Numbered from the stretch's first letter, positions 18,001 to 29,991 are shown. The stretch: DNA of 64,000 bases from Eledone cirrhosa (GCA_964016885.1 OZ024742.1:22382001-22446000); one strand, 5' to 3'. Notes: generated from the letters alone by a model not told the origin. Translations and numbers: made by a program.

Positions 18001-18560
18001 CCCACCCACCCACCATCATACTACAGACACTGTCTAAACCCACCCACCCACCATCATACTACAGACACTGTCTAAACCCCCCCTCCAACCATACTACAGA
18101 CACTGCATAAACCCACCCACCACCACCATGCTACAGTCACAGTCTAAACCCACCCACCACCAACATACTACACACACTGTCTAACCCCCCCAACCATACT
18201 ACAGACACTGCATAAACCCACCCACCACCACCATGCTACAGTCACAGTCTAAACCCACCCACCACCAACATACTACATACACTGTCTAACCCCCCCAACC
18301 ATACTACAGACACTGTCTAAACCCCACCATCATCACCACCATACTAGAGACACTGTCTAACCCCCCAAACATACTACAGACACTGTGTAAACCCCACCAT
18401 CATCGCCACCATACTACAGACACTGTCTAACTCACCAACCATACTACAGACACTGTGTAAACCCCACCACCACCACCACCACCACCACCACCACCACCAC
18501 CATACTACAGACCCTGTCTAAACCTCAACACCACCACCGTACTACTGACGCTGTCTACCC
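1..18560. repeat. C-rich tandem satellite, ~37-43-bp unit (CCATACTACAGACACTGTCTAAACCC + variable C/CCA tract)
   Basis: Near-invariant core ccatactacagacactgtctaa repeated several hundred times; unit length varies in the C/ACC spacer; array degenerates near 18300-18560; runs off the left edge of the window. Confidence 0.97.
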
Positions 18561-20040
18561 TCCTTCATACTATCACCATTATAACCCCATCTGCCATACT
18601 ATCAACACTGCCCCTCCTCCACACTACCAACACATGCCCCTCAGCCACTACCTCCCCCCTCCACCACACTACTAACACTACTCCCAAGCCACTACCTCGC
18701 CCCTCCACCACACTACCCCCCCTAGCCACTACCGCGCCCCTCCACACACTACCAACAATACCCCCTTGCCACTACCCCTCTCCACCACACTAAACAATAT
18801 AGTGTGAGTGTGTCTGTTGTATATGTGTGTGTGTTGCGTATGTGTGTTGTATGTGTATGTATGTGTGTGTTATATGTGTATTGATGTATGTGTGTGTGTT
18901 ATATGTGTAAGTATGTGTGTGTGTGTATATGTATGTGAGTGTGTTTTGCCACTCATTATGGACGGCACTAAACAATATTGTGCGTGTCTTGTGGTTGTCA
19001 CATTCACAGACCTACTGTCTCTACTGTCACTGTACTGTGGTGGTGGTGGTGGTAGTGCTGGTGGTAGTGGTGGTGGTGGTGGTGGTGGTGGTGGTGGTGG
19101 TGGTGGTGGTGGTGGTGGTAGTGCTGTTGGTAGTGGCGGTGGTGGTGGTGGTGGTGGTGGTGGTATAGTGGTGGTGGTGGTGGTAGTAGTGGTGGTGGTG
19201 GTGGTGGTGGTGCTGGTGGTAGTGGTGGTGGTGGTCGAGGTGGTGGTGGTCGTGGTGGTGGGTGGTGACGGTGGTGGTGGTGTTGGTGGTAGTGGTGGTG
19301 GTAGTGGCGGTGGTGGTGGTGGTGGTGGTGGTGGTGGTGGTGGTGGTGGTGTTGGCGGTAGTGGTGGTGGTGGTGGTGGGGTGATGGTGGTAGTGGGGGT
19401 GGGGGGATGGTGGCGGTGTTGGTGGTGTATGTGTATGTATGTGTATGTATGTGTATGTATGTGTATGGTGGTGGTGACGGTGGTGGTGGTGTTGGTGGTG
19501 TTGGTGGTAGTGGCGGTGGTGGTGGTAGTGGTGGTGGTAGTGGTGTTGGTGGTGGTGGTAGTGGTGGTGGTGGTGGTGGTTGTAATGGTGGTGGTGGTGG
19601 TGGGGTGGGCGGGAGTAGTGGTGGTGGTGGGGGGATTGTGGGAGGTGACGGGATTAGTGGTGGCGGGGAGGGGTGGGTGGGGTAGTGGTGGTGGTGGTCG
19701 TGGTGGTGGTGGTAGTGGGAGGGTGATGATGGTGATGGTGGTGGTGATGGCGGTGGTGGTAGTGGTGGTGGTGTGGTGGTGGTTGTGATGGTGGTGGTGC
19801 AGGTGGTGTTAGTGGAAGTGATGGTAGATTTAGTAATGGTGGTGCAGGTAATGGTTTTAGTAGTGATGATTAGTGGTCGTGGGGATGATGCTGGGATGTT
19901 GGTGGTGATGTTGATGGTAATACTGATGATGTTGGTGGTAGTAGTAATGGTGGTGTTGGTGATGCTGATGGTGTTGGTGGTATTGGTAGTTCTGAACACT
20001 GGTGATCATAATGAATAGGATGATGCTGATGCTGATGATG
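18560..20040. repeat. Low-complexity / microsatellite block: CCA-rich, (TG)n, (GGT)n, (GAT)n
   Basis: Directly visible simple repeats; the poly-Gly/Val/Pro/His ORFs here are artefacts. Confidence 0.9.
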
Positions 20041-20074
20041 ATTTGAGCTAACAATCATTATTTTCCTTCTATTT

Positions 20075-20250
20075 GCTCCGTGGATTGGCAGTATCGGTAG
20101 AGGGTCGGATGCCATGCTTTGACGCATAGAGTTACGGCCCTTGCCATTCTGAGTTCAAATCCCGCCTTTCATTCTTACCGGGTCGATAAAATAAAGTACC
20201 AGTAATACACCTGGTAATTGCTGCCCTTGTGCCAAAAGTAGAAACAATTA
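20075..20250 (+). mobile_element. tRNA-derived SINE (Meta-domain-like core), internally deleted, with 18-bp TSD
   Basis: A-box-like tggcagtatcgg, B-box gttcaaatc, core ggtcgataaaataaagtaccagt shared with 25237, 28789 and 49044; attattttccttctattt duplicated at 20057-20074 and 20247-20264. Confidence 0.85.
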
Positions 20251-20660
20251 TTTTCCTTCTATTTATCTTTCCATTAGTGCGAGAGCAGGTGTGGTTTTAG
20301 AGGTGGAAATGAATGAAAGCCTCTACCTCACATCAGTTTCAAATATTACAGAAGAGGACAAGGCATGGAGAATTGCTAAGTGGGGTATGGTAGATATTTA
20401 GTTTAAATCTTTCCAGTTTCAGTTGTTGGCTGTGAAAATTTGAATGTGTATTGGAGGTAGGAGTGCAGCCTTTAGTGGGAGAAGTAGGAGTAGAGCTTAT
20501 GGTGGTAGGAGGAGGAATAGAACTTGCGGGAGAAGTAGAAGGAGTAAAGCTTGTTGTGGTAGAATTAAGAGGAGGAGTATAGGCTGTAGAAAGAGGAGTA
20601 GAAGAATGGGTTATCTGTCACAATATCAGTAATATATTAGAGAAGAATGTACAAATGTAA

Positions 20661-21210
20661 TGAAAACGCGGATATTATGATGATGCAGATGTATTATCAT
20701 AATATTAGTGCTCATTACATCTCTATGATAACATCGGCTCATTGTATCTGTATTATCATAATATTAGTGGCTCATTACATCTGTATGATAATGATTTCAG
20801 TGGCTCATTACATCTGTATAATCATAACATCGGTGACTCATTACATCTGCATCATCATAATATCCGCGTTTTCATGAGCCATTGAAGTTATTATCATACA
20901 GATGTAATGAGCCACTAATATAATGATAATACAGATGCAATGAGCCACTGAAGTTATGATCACACAGATGTAATGAGCCACTAATATAATGATAATACAG
21001 ATGTAATAAGTCACCGATGTTATTATCCTGCAGATGTAATGAGCCACTGAAGTTATGATATTGCAGATGTAATGAGCCACTGAAGTTATGAACACACAGA
21101 TGTAATGAGCCACTGATATAATAATACAGATGCAATGAACACATATTATGAGCATACATATACAATGAGAACAGATGTTACTGCTTATACAGATGTAATG
21201 ATTACACAGA
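20661..21210. repeat. ~42-bp minisatellite in two oppositely oriented arrays
   Basis: gtggctcattacatctg units at 20700-20870, then reverse-complement cagatgtaatgagccac units at 20875-21210. Confidence 0.85.
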
Positions 21211-21769
21211 TGTTTCGTTGATCTAACAACTGGAACATTCATCGTTGAAATCAATGGATGTTCATCGATCTAGTTTAGCAATTATCAAACTATAAGGATT
21301 CCGAGATGATTTGGTAGAAACTAAAGCGTGGCGGCGTACCTCAGCTATCTCACAGATGATTTTAGCATCTGGTATATAAATATATAGATTTTGATGTTGT
21401 TGCTGGTGTTGTTGTGTCAACTTCAGATAAACCTTAAACCAATAGAATATCATCTAAGACGGTCCAGATATGACAATCCTGTCTTGTATTCACTCATAAC
21501 TAGAATTAATGTTATAGAATAGCCCCATCCATTTTTATAACATTTGGATGTTGTTTGAGGGTGATATGGCTGGTATTTTAGCAAGTCAAAGGACCATTCC
21601 GAGAAGCGATTTATAACCTATGGGTCAAAACCGTAATGTTTTACTTTTGAGGTGTTTGATAAAATGTAAAATGTTTGCGACTATGCTATAAAATGTGCCA
21701 TAATCCCCAACCCTATCCCTAACCATAACCCTAATTTGAGATAAATTAGTTCGGATTATATTGTCTTCG

Positions 21770-22240
21770 GTGTTTTCAAGACTAGCCCCACTCCTCACCA
21801 TGATAAATTATTATCAATAAAACAATAATATAATCCGAATCAAATTATTCTAAGTTAGTGTTAGGGTTACAGTTAGGGTTAGTGTTAGGGTTAGGGTTAC
21901 GGTTAGGGTTACGGTTTAGGGTTGAAATTGGGCTTAAGGTTTAAGGTTAGTGTAAATGGAAAGTAATTTCTTCCACAATAATGACTAAGTTTAGGGTAGG
22001 GATTACAGTTAATCTTAACAAATTTATTTCAAACTAGGATTAGGGATTAGGGTTAAGTTTTAGGGTTAATTCATATTTTCTGTTTATATGGATGTCAATC
22101 TATTGTCAAATTACAGGAAACATATTGAATTATATCTAACCCCAACCACTAACCTTAATCTGGTGTCAAATTAGAGCGACTTCTATTATTTATATTAATT
22201 TACCATAGTGGGGATTGGGGCTATTCTGGAGAAACACAAG
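21770..22240. mobile_element. MITE-like element with imperfect terminal inverted repeats and internal degenerate TTAGGG/CCCTAA repeats
   Basis: gtgttttcaagactagcccca...accatgataaatt (~21770-21810) is an imperfect reverse complement of aatttaccatagtggggattggggctattctggagaaacac (~22198-22238); many ttaggg variants at 21855-22070. Confidence 0.55.
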
Positions 22241-24000
22241 CGACCTGACTATATATATATATATATATATATGGTCAGGTCGCTCTTCAGCGCTACTGGT
22301 ATCATGTAAACAAGTACAACCTGTGCATGGTCGGGTCGTCGGTGACTAAACTGGCAACATCACCAAGCATGGTGATTTTGGACACCCTACAGGATGGAAA
22401 ACAAAACCCGTTAAATAGCGGGGGAACTCAGGAGAGTCAACGGCCATCCAATAAAGTATTTCTTTTTTTGTGTGGAGCGAGAGACTCCTAGTCTACATTA
22501 AGACATCTCTCTAGGAGAAGGTCACTCTGATATAAAACCAATGATTTTGTTTGCATCCAAAGTTGTAGACCAGTTCTTCTTTTTGAGTAAATGCATTCGA
22601 TATTCAGAGAGTGGACTTTCGCCGTGCAAAGCCTTTCCTCACTTAAAAAAGCTTCAAGCACAGGCATCGCTTGATATGTGACATTTTTTGCGATGCATCG
22701 TACTGCTGGCCATAGGCAAATCACTAGCAAGACTAAAAAGCTATGTCATTACTCGAAATCGAACTGCAGCCATCACACACACACACACATATATATAATA
22801 GGCTTAAAAATAAGAATAAGAAGAAATCAAGAACGGGGGTGGGGAAGTCTTCCTCATCAGTTATCTACCGGGGGTCTCAGATATTTCAACGCTTTAAATA
22901 CAATATATCTACCCCCAGAGCTTTCAATAACTAGGTAAGTTATTGGGAAAACGGAGGAGTGTAGGAAGGGAAAAGGCAAAAAAGGGAGAAAAGAGAAAAT
23001 ATGTTTTAAACTATAGAATTAAAACAAAAGGCCAAGATAGTAGTATAGTACAAAACACTGCAGTCATCATCCATCGAATTGGACGTACTCAATATATCAA
23101 CCACCAACGGTACTGCTGAAAAAAAGACAAAAGTTGGAGTATTAAGATGAAAAAGAAATTAAACTTACGTGTGTAGGATTAATGTTCGATATCTAAATTG
23201 TACAATCCGTGAGTAAGAGGGTCAGTTAGCCCTGGTGGCACGAACGTACAAAGAAAGAGGCATGCAGGGAAGGAAGTGTCACGAGATCTGTCGCGGTAAA
23301 TGGGCATCTTAACGAAAGAGATTTCTAACAGTTATCGCGACAGATCTCGTTTTGGCTGAAAGGTTCAGAGGCTCATTATGAAGGAGTGATGCTAGAGCTT
23401 TGAAATCTTTCATGCATTAATTTCAACTATTCTTATTAATAACTGCATTGTTTTCTTCTAGAGACTATATTGAAAAATAAACCTCATTTGGTCATTCCAT
23501 GAGTGTATCTTGGTCAGGCTATGATCTTTCCAGCCGACCCTCGTCTATGTAGATATCAGCTTCAATACATTTAATGTTTGAACATATTTATGAACGCTGT
23601 ATAGTTGTAGTGAGAAAACTTATCGATTTCTTCCAATAGTGAAGATTGTTGAGTTGATAACAGCCAGCCAGTGTTGGAGATATATCAGATAGAGTTAGCC
23701 AAGACAACAAGTGGAACTTGGCACTTACCAGATTTCTCAGTAAGAGAAATATTGCCGCTACCCTGATCTCTTCCAACATATATTGATTTCTTCGATTGTC
23801 ATAAAGCCACAAATATCAAGAAATTGTCTATAATCGATAAAATCAAGCTTAGTACTTGGCTGATACCTCTCACTTTATTGACCCTGGATAATAGAAATGT
23901 AGTTTTAAACCTATCAGGTTTTAGGTTATACCATAAATACACTTTACCCTAACATCTCAAGACTTTTCATACAATAAACTACCGTTTCTGTTGATTATTG

Positions 24001-24045
<45 letters not shown>

Positions 24046-24048
<3 letters not shown>

Positions 24049-24438
24049 ATCAAAAGATGGTTAAAAGAGTTCCATGTATTTTATTATGCGCATTTTAAAA
24101 ACAAATATCATCATGCGATGACATTTGCGTTTTCGTCAGATAAAATAGGGAGACATGATATGAAGGTTAAAAATCAACATATGATATGTTGATTTAAAAC
24201 TGCACTATTCACAAGTGTTTTTTAACCTTCATATCATGTCTCCCTATTTTATCTGACGAAAACGCAAATGTCATCGCATGATGATATTTGTTTTTAAAAT
24301 GCGCATAATAAAATACATGGAACTCTTTTAACCATCTTTTGATCTTATATATTATTTATACTCCAGTCCTACAAACTGTAGAGTGCTACTTATTCGATAT
24401 CTGCATTGCTTTATTGTACTACAATAAAACTCACCTCC

Positions 24439-24440
<2 letters not shown>
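24046..24440 (+). mobile_element. Fold-back non-coding element in (TA)n (PLE pLTR-like remnant) with ~128-bp inverted arms
   Basis: 24046-24173 is the reverse complement of 24219-24346; contains a hammerhead motif; flanked by (TA)n on both sides. Confidence 0.75.
24245..24315 (+). ncRNA. Type I hammerhead ribozyme motif with G12>A core change (probably impaired); inverted copy at ~24077-24147
   Basis: tattttat-CTGACGA-[aaacgcaaatgtcatc gcat gatgatatttgttttt]-AAAA-tgcgca-TA-ataaaata: perfect 8-bp stem I, long stem II, palindromic stem III; GAAA reads AAAA. Confidence 0.65.
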
Positions 24441-24504
<64 letters not shown>

Positions 24505-24506
24505 AT

Positions 24507-24733
24507 AGGAAAACTGTTCGGATCTAGCTGTGAAACGACCGGAGCTCAGCCGTTGGGGTCCTGACTATTTTCCTTTTACCCACTCTACTACCCTAAGTAT
24601 TGAGTACTCTGGTGCGTTATAGTCCACCTGGTATCTTATCACACCTTCTTTGTTATATATATATATATATATATATAAAACGAAGGAGGTGTGGTAACGG
24701 CTTGAGCTCTGCCATCGGGGTCAAACATTTTCC

Positions 24734-24735
<2 letters not shown>
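24507..24735. repeat. Copies of TA-embedded dispersed repeat (family 'gagctcagccgtcggggtc...cttcctttgtta')
   Basis: Similarity to 27216-27402, 35806-35873, 36582-36792, 45604-45815 and 52571-52715. Confidence 0.75.
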
Positions 24736-24787
<52 letters not shown>

Positions 24788-24790
<3 letters not shown>

Positions 24791-25835
24791 GGTGGCCTTT
24801 AGCAATAGGTAATTTTCTAAAAGTTTAAATTTTGCTACTCCCACCCCTTGGTCCCGTTTCAATCGGAAAAATTTCAGCTTAATCGGAGAACTGTAATACG
24901 ACCTTCAAACGCCTTGAAGTTGGAACATAGTATACGCCAACGATTAATTCTATTCAAAAGCGTTATACTGTTCTCTGTCTCGACCATTTTCTTTTTCTTC
25001 TTAGAGAAATTTATGTGGACACATACAGGCAACCCCAGCAAATGTTTAAAAACGTTCTGAATCAAATTTACCAATAGTTAATTTGAAAAATTCCTGAAAT
25101 AACATGAAAAACTTAAGAAAAATAAGGTTTTCTTAATAAACCACAAAACTTCTATAAGAGAAACGCATTTTTATTTACAACAATAATTTTTCATAGAATC
25201 AAAAACATAATGTGAACTCTGAACATTTGAATTGGCAGGGGCGGTGGATTGGCAGTATCGGTAGAGATTCGGACACCATGCTTTACAGCATAGTTACGTC
25301 TCTTTACGGTCTGAGCTCAAATCCCGCTGAGGTTAACTTTGCCTTTCATCCTTACGGGGTCGATAAAATAAAGTACCAGTAATGTACTGGTAAATTGCTG
25401 GCCTTTTGTCAAAAGTAGAAACAATTATTTTTTGCATAAGAGAGGATTTAGTGGCAGCTGGGTATGTTGTACGGTTTTCGGTAACGGTCTGTAAAACAAA
25501 TTGTTTCTCAGTTTCCTCTTTTGTGAGATTGTAATCCTGAATGAGTTTGACACCTTTTTCTGCAACATCATTCACAACAACTGTCTTCTCAAGTTTTTCA
25601 AGTCCACTTTTGTAACCAGGATCATCCTTCCATGTTGAAGGGTCTTTGTCAAGAAAATCGGTGCTGATGGAAAATCTCCTGAACAAGGTACAAAAGACCA
25701 GGAATTATAAAAGACGAAAACTCGATGTTTGTAAAGGAAGAAAAGTCATTTTAGTGCAGAATGTATCTCTTCAGTTGATTCTTTCACCTTTGTCTGCTTC
25801 CAGCATAACTTGAGCAATATTTGCCTTAACCTCTC
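24788..25835 (-). pseudogene. 3' remnant of a DNA transposon (hAT-like, probably hATm-type transposase C-terminus) interrupted by a SINE
   Basis: Minus-strand peptide FLDKDPSTW...VVVNDVAEKGVKLIQDYN.LTKEETEKQFVLQTV..NRTTYP (about 25430-25686) matches the VVNDxAERGVKL motif I recall from invertebrate transposases; candidate terminus TAGGGTGGCC at ~24788; subfamily assignment is from memory. Confidence 0.65.
25237..25430 (+). mobile_element. tRNA-derived SINE (Meta-domain-like), near full length
   Basis: ggcggtggattggcagtatcgg (A box) ... gagctcaaatccc (B box) ... gcctttcatccttacggggtcgataaaataaagtaccagt ... gtagaaacaattatt. Confidence 0.88.
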
Positions 25836-26800
25836 CTTCCTCTATTTGCTCTCCTTTTCTCATTGCTCTCACTGCTCTCCTTTTTTCCTTGCTCTCCTTG
25901 GTCTCCTTTTATCCCTGCTCTTTTTGTTCTCCTTTTCTCATTGCTCTCCTCGCTCTCGTTTTATCCTTGCACTCCTTACTCTCTTTGCTCTCCTTTTATC
26001 CTTAACTTCTTGCTCTCCCTTTCTCGTTGCTCTCCTTGCTCCCTTTCTTCTTGTTCTCGTTGCTCTCCTTGCTCTCGTTTCATCCTTGCTCTCCTTTTAT
26101 CCCAAACTCCTTACTCTGCTTTTCCCATTGCTCTTCTTGCTCTCCCTTTATCATTGTTCTCCTTGCTCTCCTTTTCTCATTATTTTCCTTGCTCTTCTTT
26201 TCATCCCTGCTCTCCTTTTCTCATTACTCTCCTTGCTCTCTTTTTCTCCTTCCACTCCTTGCTCTCCCTTTATCCTTGCTCTCCCTGGTCTCCTTTTATC
26301 CCTGCTCTTCTTGCTCTCCTTTTGTCATTGCTCTCCTCGCTCTCGTTTCGACCTTGCTCTCCTTGCTCTCCTTTTATTCCAAACTCCTTACTCTCCTTTT
26401 CCCATTGCTCTCCTTGCTCTCTTTTTCTCATTGTTCTCCTTGTTTTCCTTGCTCTCCTTTTCTCATTATTTTCCTTGCTCTCCTTTTCTCATTGCTCTCC
26501 TTGCTCTCTTTTCCTCCTTCCACTCCTTGCTCTCCCTTTATCCTTGCTCTTCCTGGTCTCCTTTTATCCCTGCTCTTCATGCTCTCTTTTTCTCATTGCT
26601 CTCCTCGCTCTCGTTTCGCCCTTGCTCTCCTTGCTCTCCTTTTATCGTTAACTCCTTGCACTCCCTTTCTCGTTGCTCTCCTTTCCCCCCCCTTTCTTCT
26701 TGTTCGCCTTGTTCTCCTTTTCTTATTGCTCTCCTTGCTCTCCTTTTCTCATTGCTCTCCTCGCTCTCCTTTTCTCATTGCTCTCAGTTTCTCCTTGTAT
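25830..26800. repeat. Pyrimidine-rich minisatellite built from TTGCTCTCC units with larger internal duplications
   Basis: ttgctctcc repeated dozens of times; the block ggtctccttttatccctgctc recurs at ~25900, ~26287 and ~26555; Leu/Ser/Phe ORFs in all frames are artefacts. Confidence 0.9.
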
Positions 26801-26879
26801 CTATGTGCTTGTTTATATACAAATACATGAGAAAAGGGGAGCAAGGAGAAATATTAAAGCAAGGATAGTAAGGAGAGTA

Positions 26880-26913
<34 letters not shown>

Positions 26914-27166
26914 TGTATATATATATATATATATACACACGCGCACACACACACACACATACACACACACACACATATATATATATATATTTATTAAAAT
27001 AACAGATTAAAGTTTAAGCAAAGAATCGCTGCTTTCACCTTTAACACCCTCTTTGGATACGGATATATGTATATTAGGATGGCCCTTAGCACACACACAC
27101 ACATACACACACACATACACACATATATATATATATATGCACCCTCACCATATATATATATATATA

Positions 27167-27215
<49 letters not shown>

Positions 27216-27218
<3 letters not shown>

Positions 27219-27402
27219 AAAAGAGTCAGGATCAGGACCCCGACAGCTGAGCTCCGGCCGTTTCGACAGCTAGTTGTCGAAATGGCCGGAGCTCAGCCGT
27301 CGGGGTCCTGACTCTTTTCCTATTACCCACTTTACTGCCCTAAGTATCGAGTACTCTGGTGCGGTATGGTCCACCTGGCATCTTACCACACTTCCTTTGT
27401 TA
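27216..27402 (+). repeat. TA-embedded dispersed repeat with 5' fold-back arm
   Basis: aggaaaagagtcagga...gctgagctccggccgtttcgacagct pairs with agttgtcgaaatggccggagctcagc...cctgactcttttcct; followed by the conserved tail ending cttcctttgtta(TA)n. Confidence 0.8.
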
Positions 27403-27468
27403 TATATATATCTCTATATATATATCAATGATATTAATAAATGGAAACTATATTTAAAAACCATATTT

Positions 27469-27527
27469 ATTCTATTATATATATTTCAAGGGTACCAAAA
27501 CTTTGGTACGCTCTCATCAGATAAAAT
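27469..27527 (-). ncRNA. Type I hammerhead ribozyme motif, intact core
   Basis: Minus strand: attttat-CTGATGA-gagcgtaccaaagttttggtaccctt-GAAA-tatata-TA-atagaat; stem I 7 bp (one G-U), stem II about 11 bp, palindromic stem III. Confidence 0.8.
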
Positions 27528-27596
27528 GTCGAGTGCTTCGAATCTGTTATAAATATATATATTTGTTGAATTACCAACAAATTAAATATCCCTTTG

Positions 27597-27672
<76 letters not shown>

Positions 27673-27749
27673 GAGGGTTCTCCAAAAGTTTGGTAACATA
27701 AATGTATTTAAATTCTGTCTAAGATCTATTTGTTAATGAGATATTTGGG

Positions 27750-28180
27750 TGGCTGTCCAGAATACCACCCCTCTCCTACCGTTATAACATTATTTAAAGA
27801 TGACAATAATACAATCCGAACTAATTTATTCCAATTATGGCTAGGATTTTCTTTTAGGTTTAGCGTTAGGGGTAGGGGATAGTTTTAAGATTACGGTATA
27901 GGGTTAGAGTGAATCCGAACGGATTTATTCCAAAGAGTTTAAAGTTTGGGTTTGGATTTAGATGAGTGTAAACTTATGTTTTCTGTTTGTATGTGAGTCA
28001 ATCTGAAGCTAATTAATTACAAGAATCTGATTTTAATTTACCATAGCTCTAACTGCAAACCCTAATCTGTTATAATATAGTTCGGATTACCCCTAACCCT
28101 AATTTGTAATTAATTCGTTAAGACTACATTAGTTTTTGATTTATATTCTATAACGTGGGCAATATTCTGGAGAACCAACG
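27750..28180. mobile_element. Second MITE-like copy with degenerate telomere-like repeats
   Basis: tccagaata...gttataac at left, ctataacgtgggcaatattctggagaacc at right; shares aatccgaac / gttcggatt and ttaggg/cctaac motifs with 21700-22240. Confidence 0.5.
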
Positions 28181-28788
28181 TTTGATATTTAATCAGTTCT
28201 GGGCCATGTTGAATAACATTGTAATTACAAAGCATGATTTATGATATTAATTAGTATGACAGACGATATCTCAGCTTTCGAAGCCAGGGTCACTTAACTT
28301 GTATGAAAAGAATTGGTCCTAGTTTGCGAGGCTAAACATTATCTTGGATACAGTTGGAATCCAGAAGCCGAATAACGTTTCTCGAACTTCACACATTTCC
28401 ATCTTCAGAATAAGGATGGTTGTTCACGGGCTTTGCAGTGGTTAGTATGGATTATGGGAGAGCTAGTAAAATCACGTTAGAAGTACTTCTATCTACAACG
28501 CATCTATGAGTATATAGAGTATATATTGTATATATTCATATAAGATAGATCTCTTGAATTCCGAATTTGAACTCAGGTGATTGAAGGATCTTGTAGACTG
28601 TTAGGGACTCTGGCTCAACTTCTTTTCTATGTTAGGCGGCAGAACAAAAGCACATTTGAAATGTAAAATGCCCCCTATATTTTGTACTAATTCACATATC
28701 CCACTTATTATGATATACGTATTGATATTAGTGAAAAAACAATAAACAGCCGCCTATCAGGTGTATTGTTGGTCAACATTATAACTGG

Positions 28789-28960
28789 GGTGAATTGGCA
28801 GTATCAGTAGAGGGGCAGACGCCATGCTTTGCAGCATAGAGTTACGCCCCTTTATCCCACCGAGGTTAATTTTACCTTTCATCCGTACGGGGTCGATAAA
28901 ATAAAGTACCAGTAATGCACTGGAATTAATTGCTGGTCTTGTATCAAAAGTAGAAACAAT
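28789..28960 (+). mobile_element. tRNA-derived SINE (same family as 25237) with 11-bp TSD
   Basis: Conserved head and core; attataactgg at 28778-28788 and 28959-28969. Confidence 0.85.
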
Positions 28961-29167
28961 TATAACTGGTGGTAATTATACCTCCACCTCATATCACCTT
29001 TGGCCCCCAGTGTCTCACCCTACCGCCACACGAAGTAATGGCCCTTTTCAGTCCATCAGTTTGAAAGTCATGCTCTAATTGAATTCAGTGATAGACAAGG
29101 ATTTTCACAAGATGGACCTCAAGTGGAACAACAAAAAACTTCAAATATAAATTCACCTTTATGATGA

Positions 29168-29400
29168 AAGGGCATAGCTTAGTAAATAGGGTGCTCTGTT
29201 CATGATCGTAAGGTCCAGTGATCGATCGTTGGCTTGTTATATCCTTGAGCAACACATTTCATTTCATATTTCTCCAGTGCACTCAGTTGAATCTCCTTGA
29301 AAACTACGTTAAGCGTTACACATGTCTGTGGAACGCTTAACCACTTACAGGCACGAGTTTGGCTGATACGTTTATAGGCTGACCATGATACTCACATGGA
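29168..29400 (+). mobile_element. Diverged tRNA-derived SINE with CORE-like segment
   Basis: ggcatagcttagtaaatagg head; tccttgagcaacacattt core-like motif; related antisense fragment at ~47100-47260. Confidence 0.55.
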
Positions 29401-29565
29401 ATGACCAAATGAGGTTTATTTTTCAATATAGCCCCTGGAAAGAAACAATGTAGAATTATTAATAAGAAGAGTTGAAATTAATGCATGCAAGATCTCTTAG
29501 CTCTAGCGTCACATTTTAATAGTCAGCCTATGACCTTTTTAGCCTACTCTTATATATATATATAT

Positions 29566-29754
29566 ATAACAAAAGGGCAACGATGGTTGCTAAACACTGT
29601 ACAGCTTAATTCTGGATGTTTGTTTGCAAACAAACTGAGCATTATAATAAATGTTCGGTAAATCCATACGTACATGTATATATGTGTGCATGTATGTATA
29701 TATATATACATACTACTGTACGTCTGTATACATATATGTATGTACGTATACATA

Positions 29755-29757
<3 letters not shown>
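29566..29757 (+). repeat. Diverged partial copy of the 499-bp hammerhead-bearing unit at 47528-48270
   Basis: aacaaaagggcaacgatggttgctaaacac...tactgtacgtctgtatacatatatgtatgtacgtatacatact aligns with ~48063-48270. Confidence 0.75.
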
Positions 29758-29820
<63 letters not shown>

Positions 29821-29847
29821 TATATATATAAGTATATATATATATAA

Positions 29848-29991
<144 letters not shown>

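Noticed and set aside
1-18560. CRISPR-like array (palindromic repeat + spacers)
   Set aside because: Spacers are only C/CCA length variants, not unique sequences; eukaryotic context and no cas genes
21855-22070. True telomere or chromosome-fusion site
   Set aside because: Repeats are short, degenerate and embedded in a dispersed element seen twice in the window
22263-22770. Possible LINE 5' UTR / endonuclease remnants
   Set aside because: Only a vague resemblance; no unambiguous motif without a database search
22840-22866. Minus-strand CTGATGA + ggaag/ttcc hairpin
   Set aside because: No GAAA box follows; at best a half motif
25810-26868. Leu/Ser/Phe-rich membrane-protein-like ORFs
   Set aside because: TTGCTCTCC minisatellite open in all three frames
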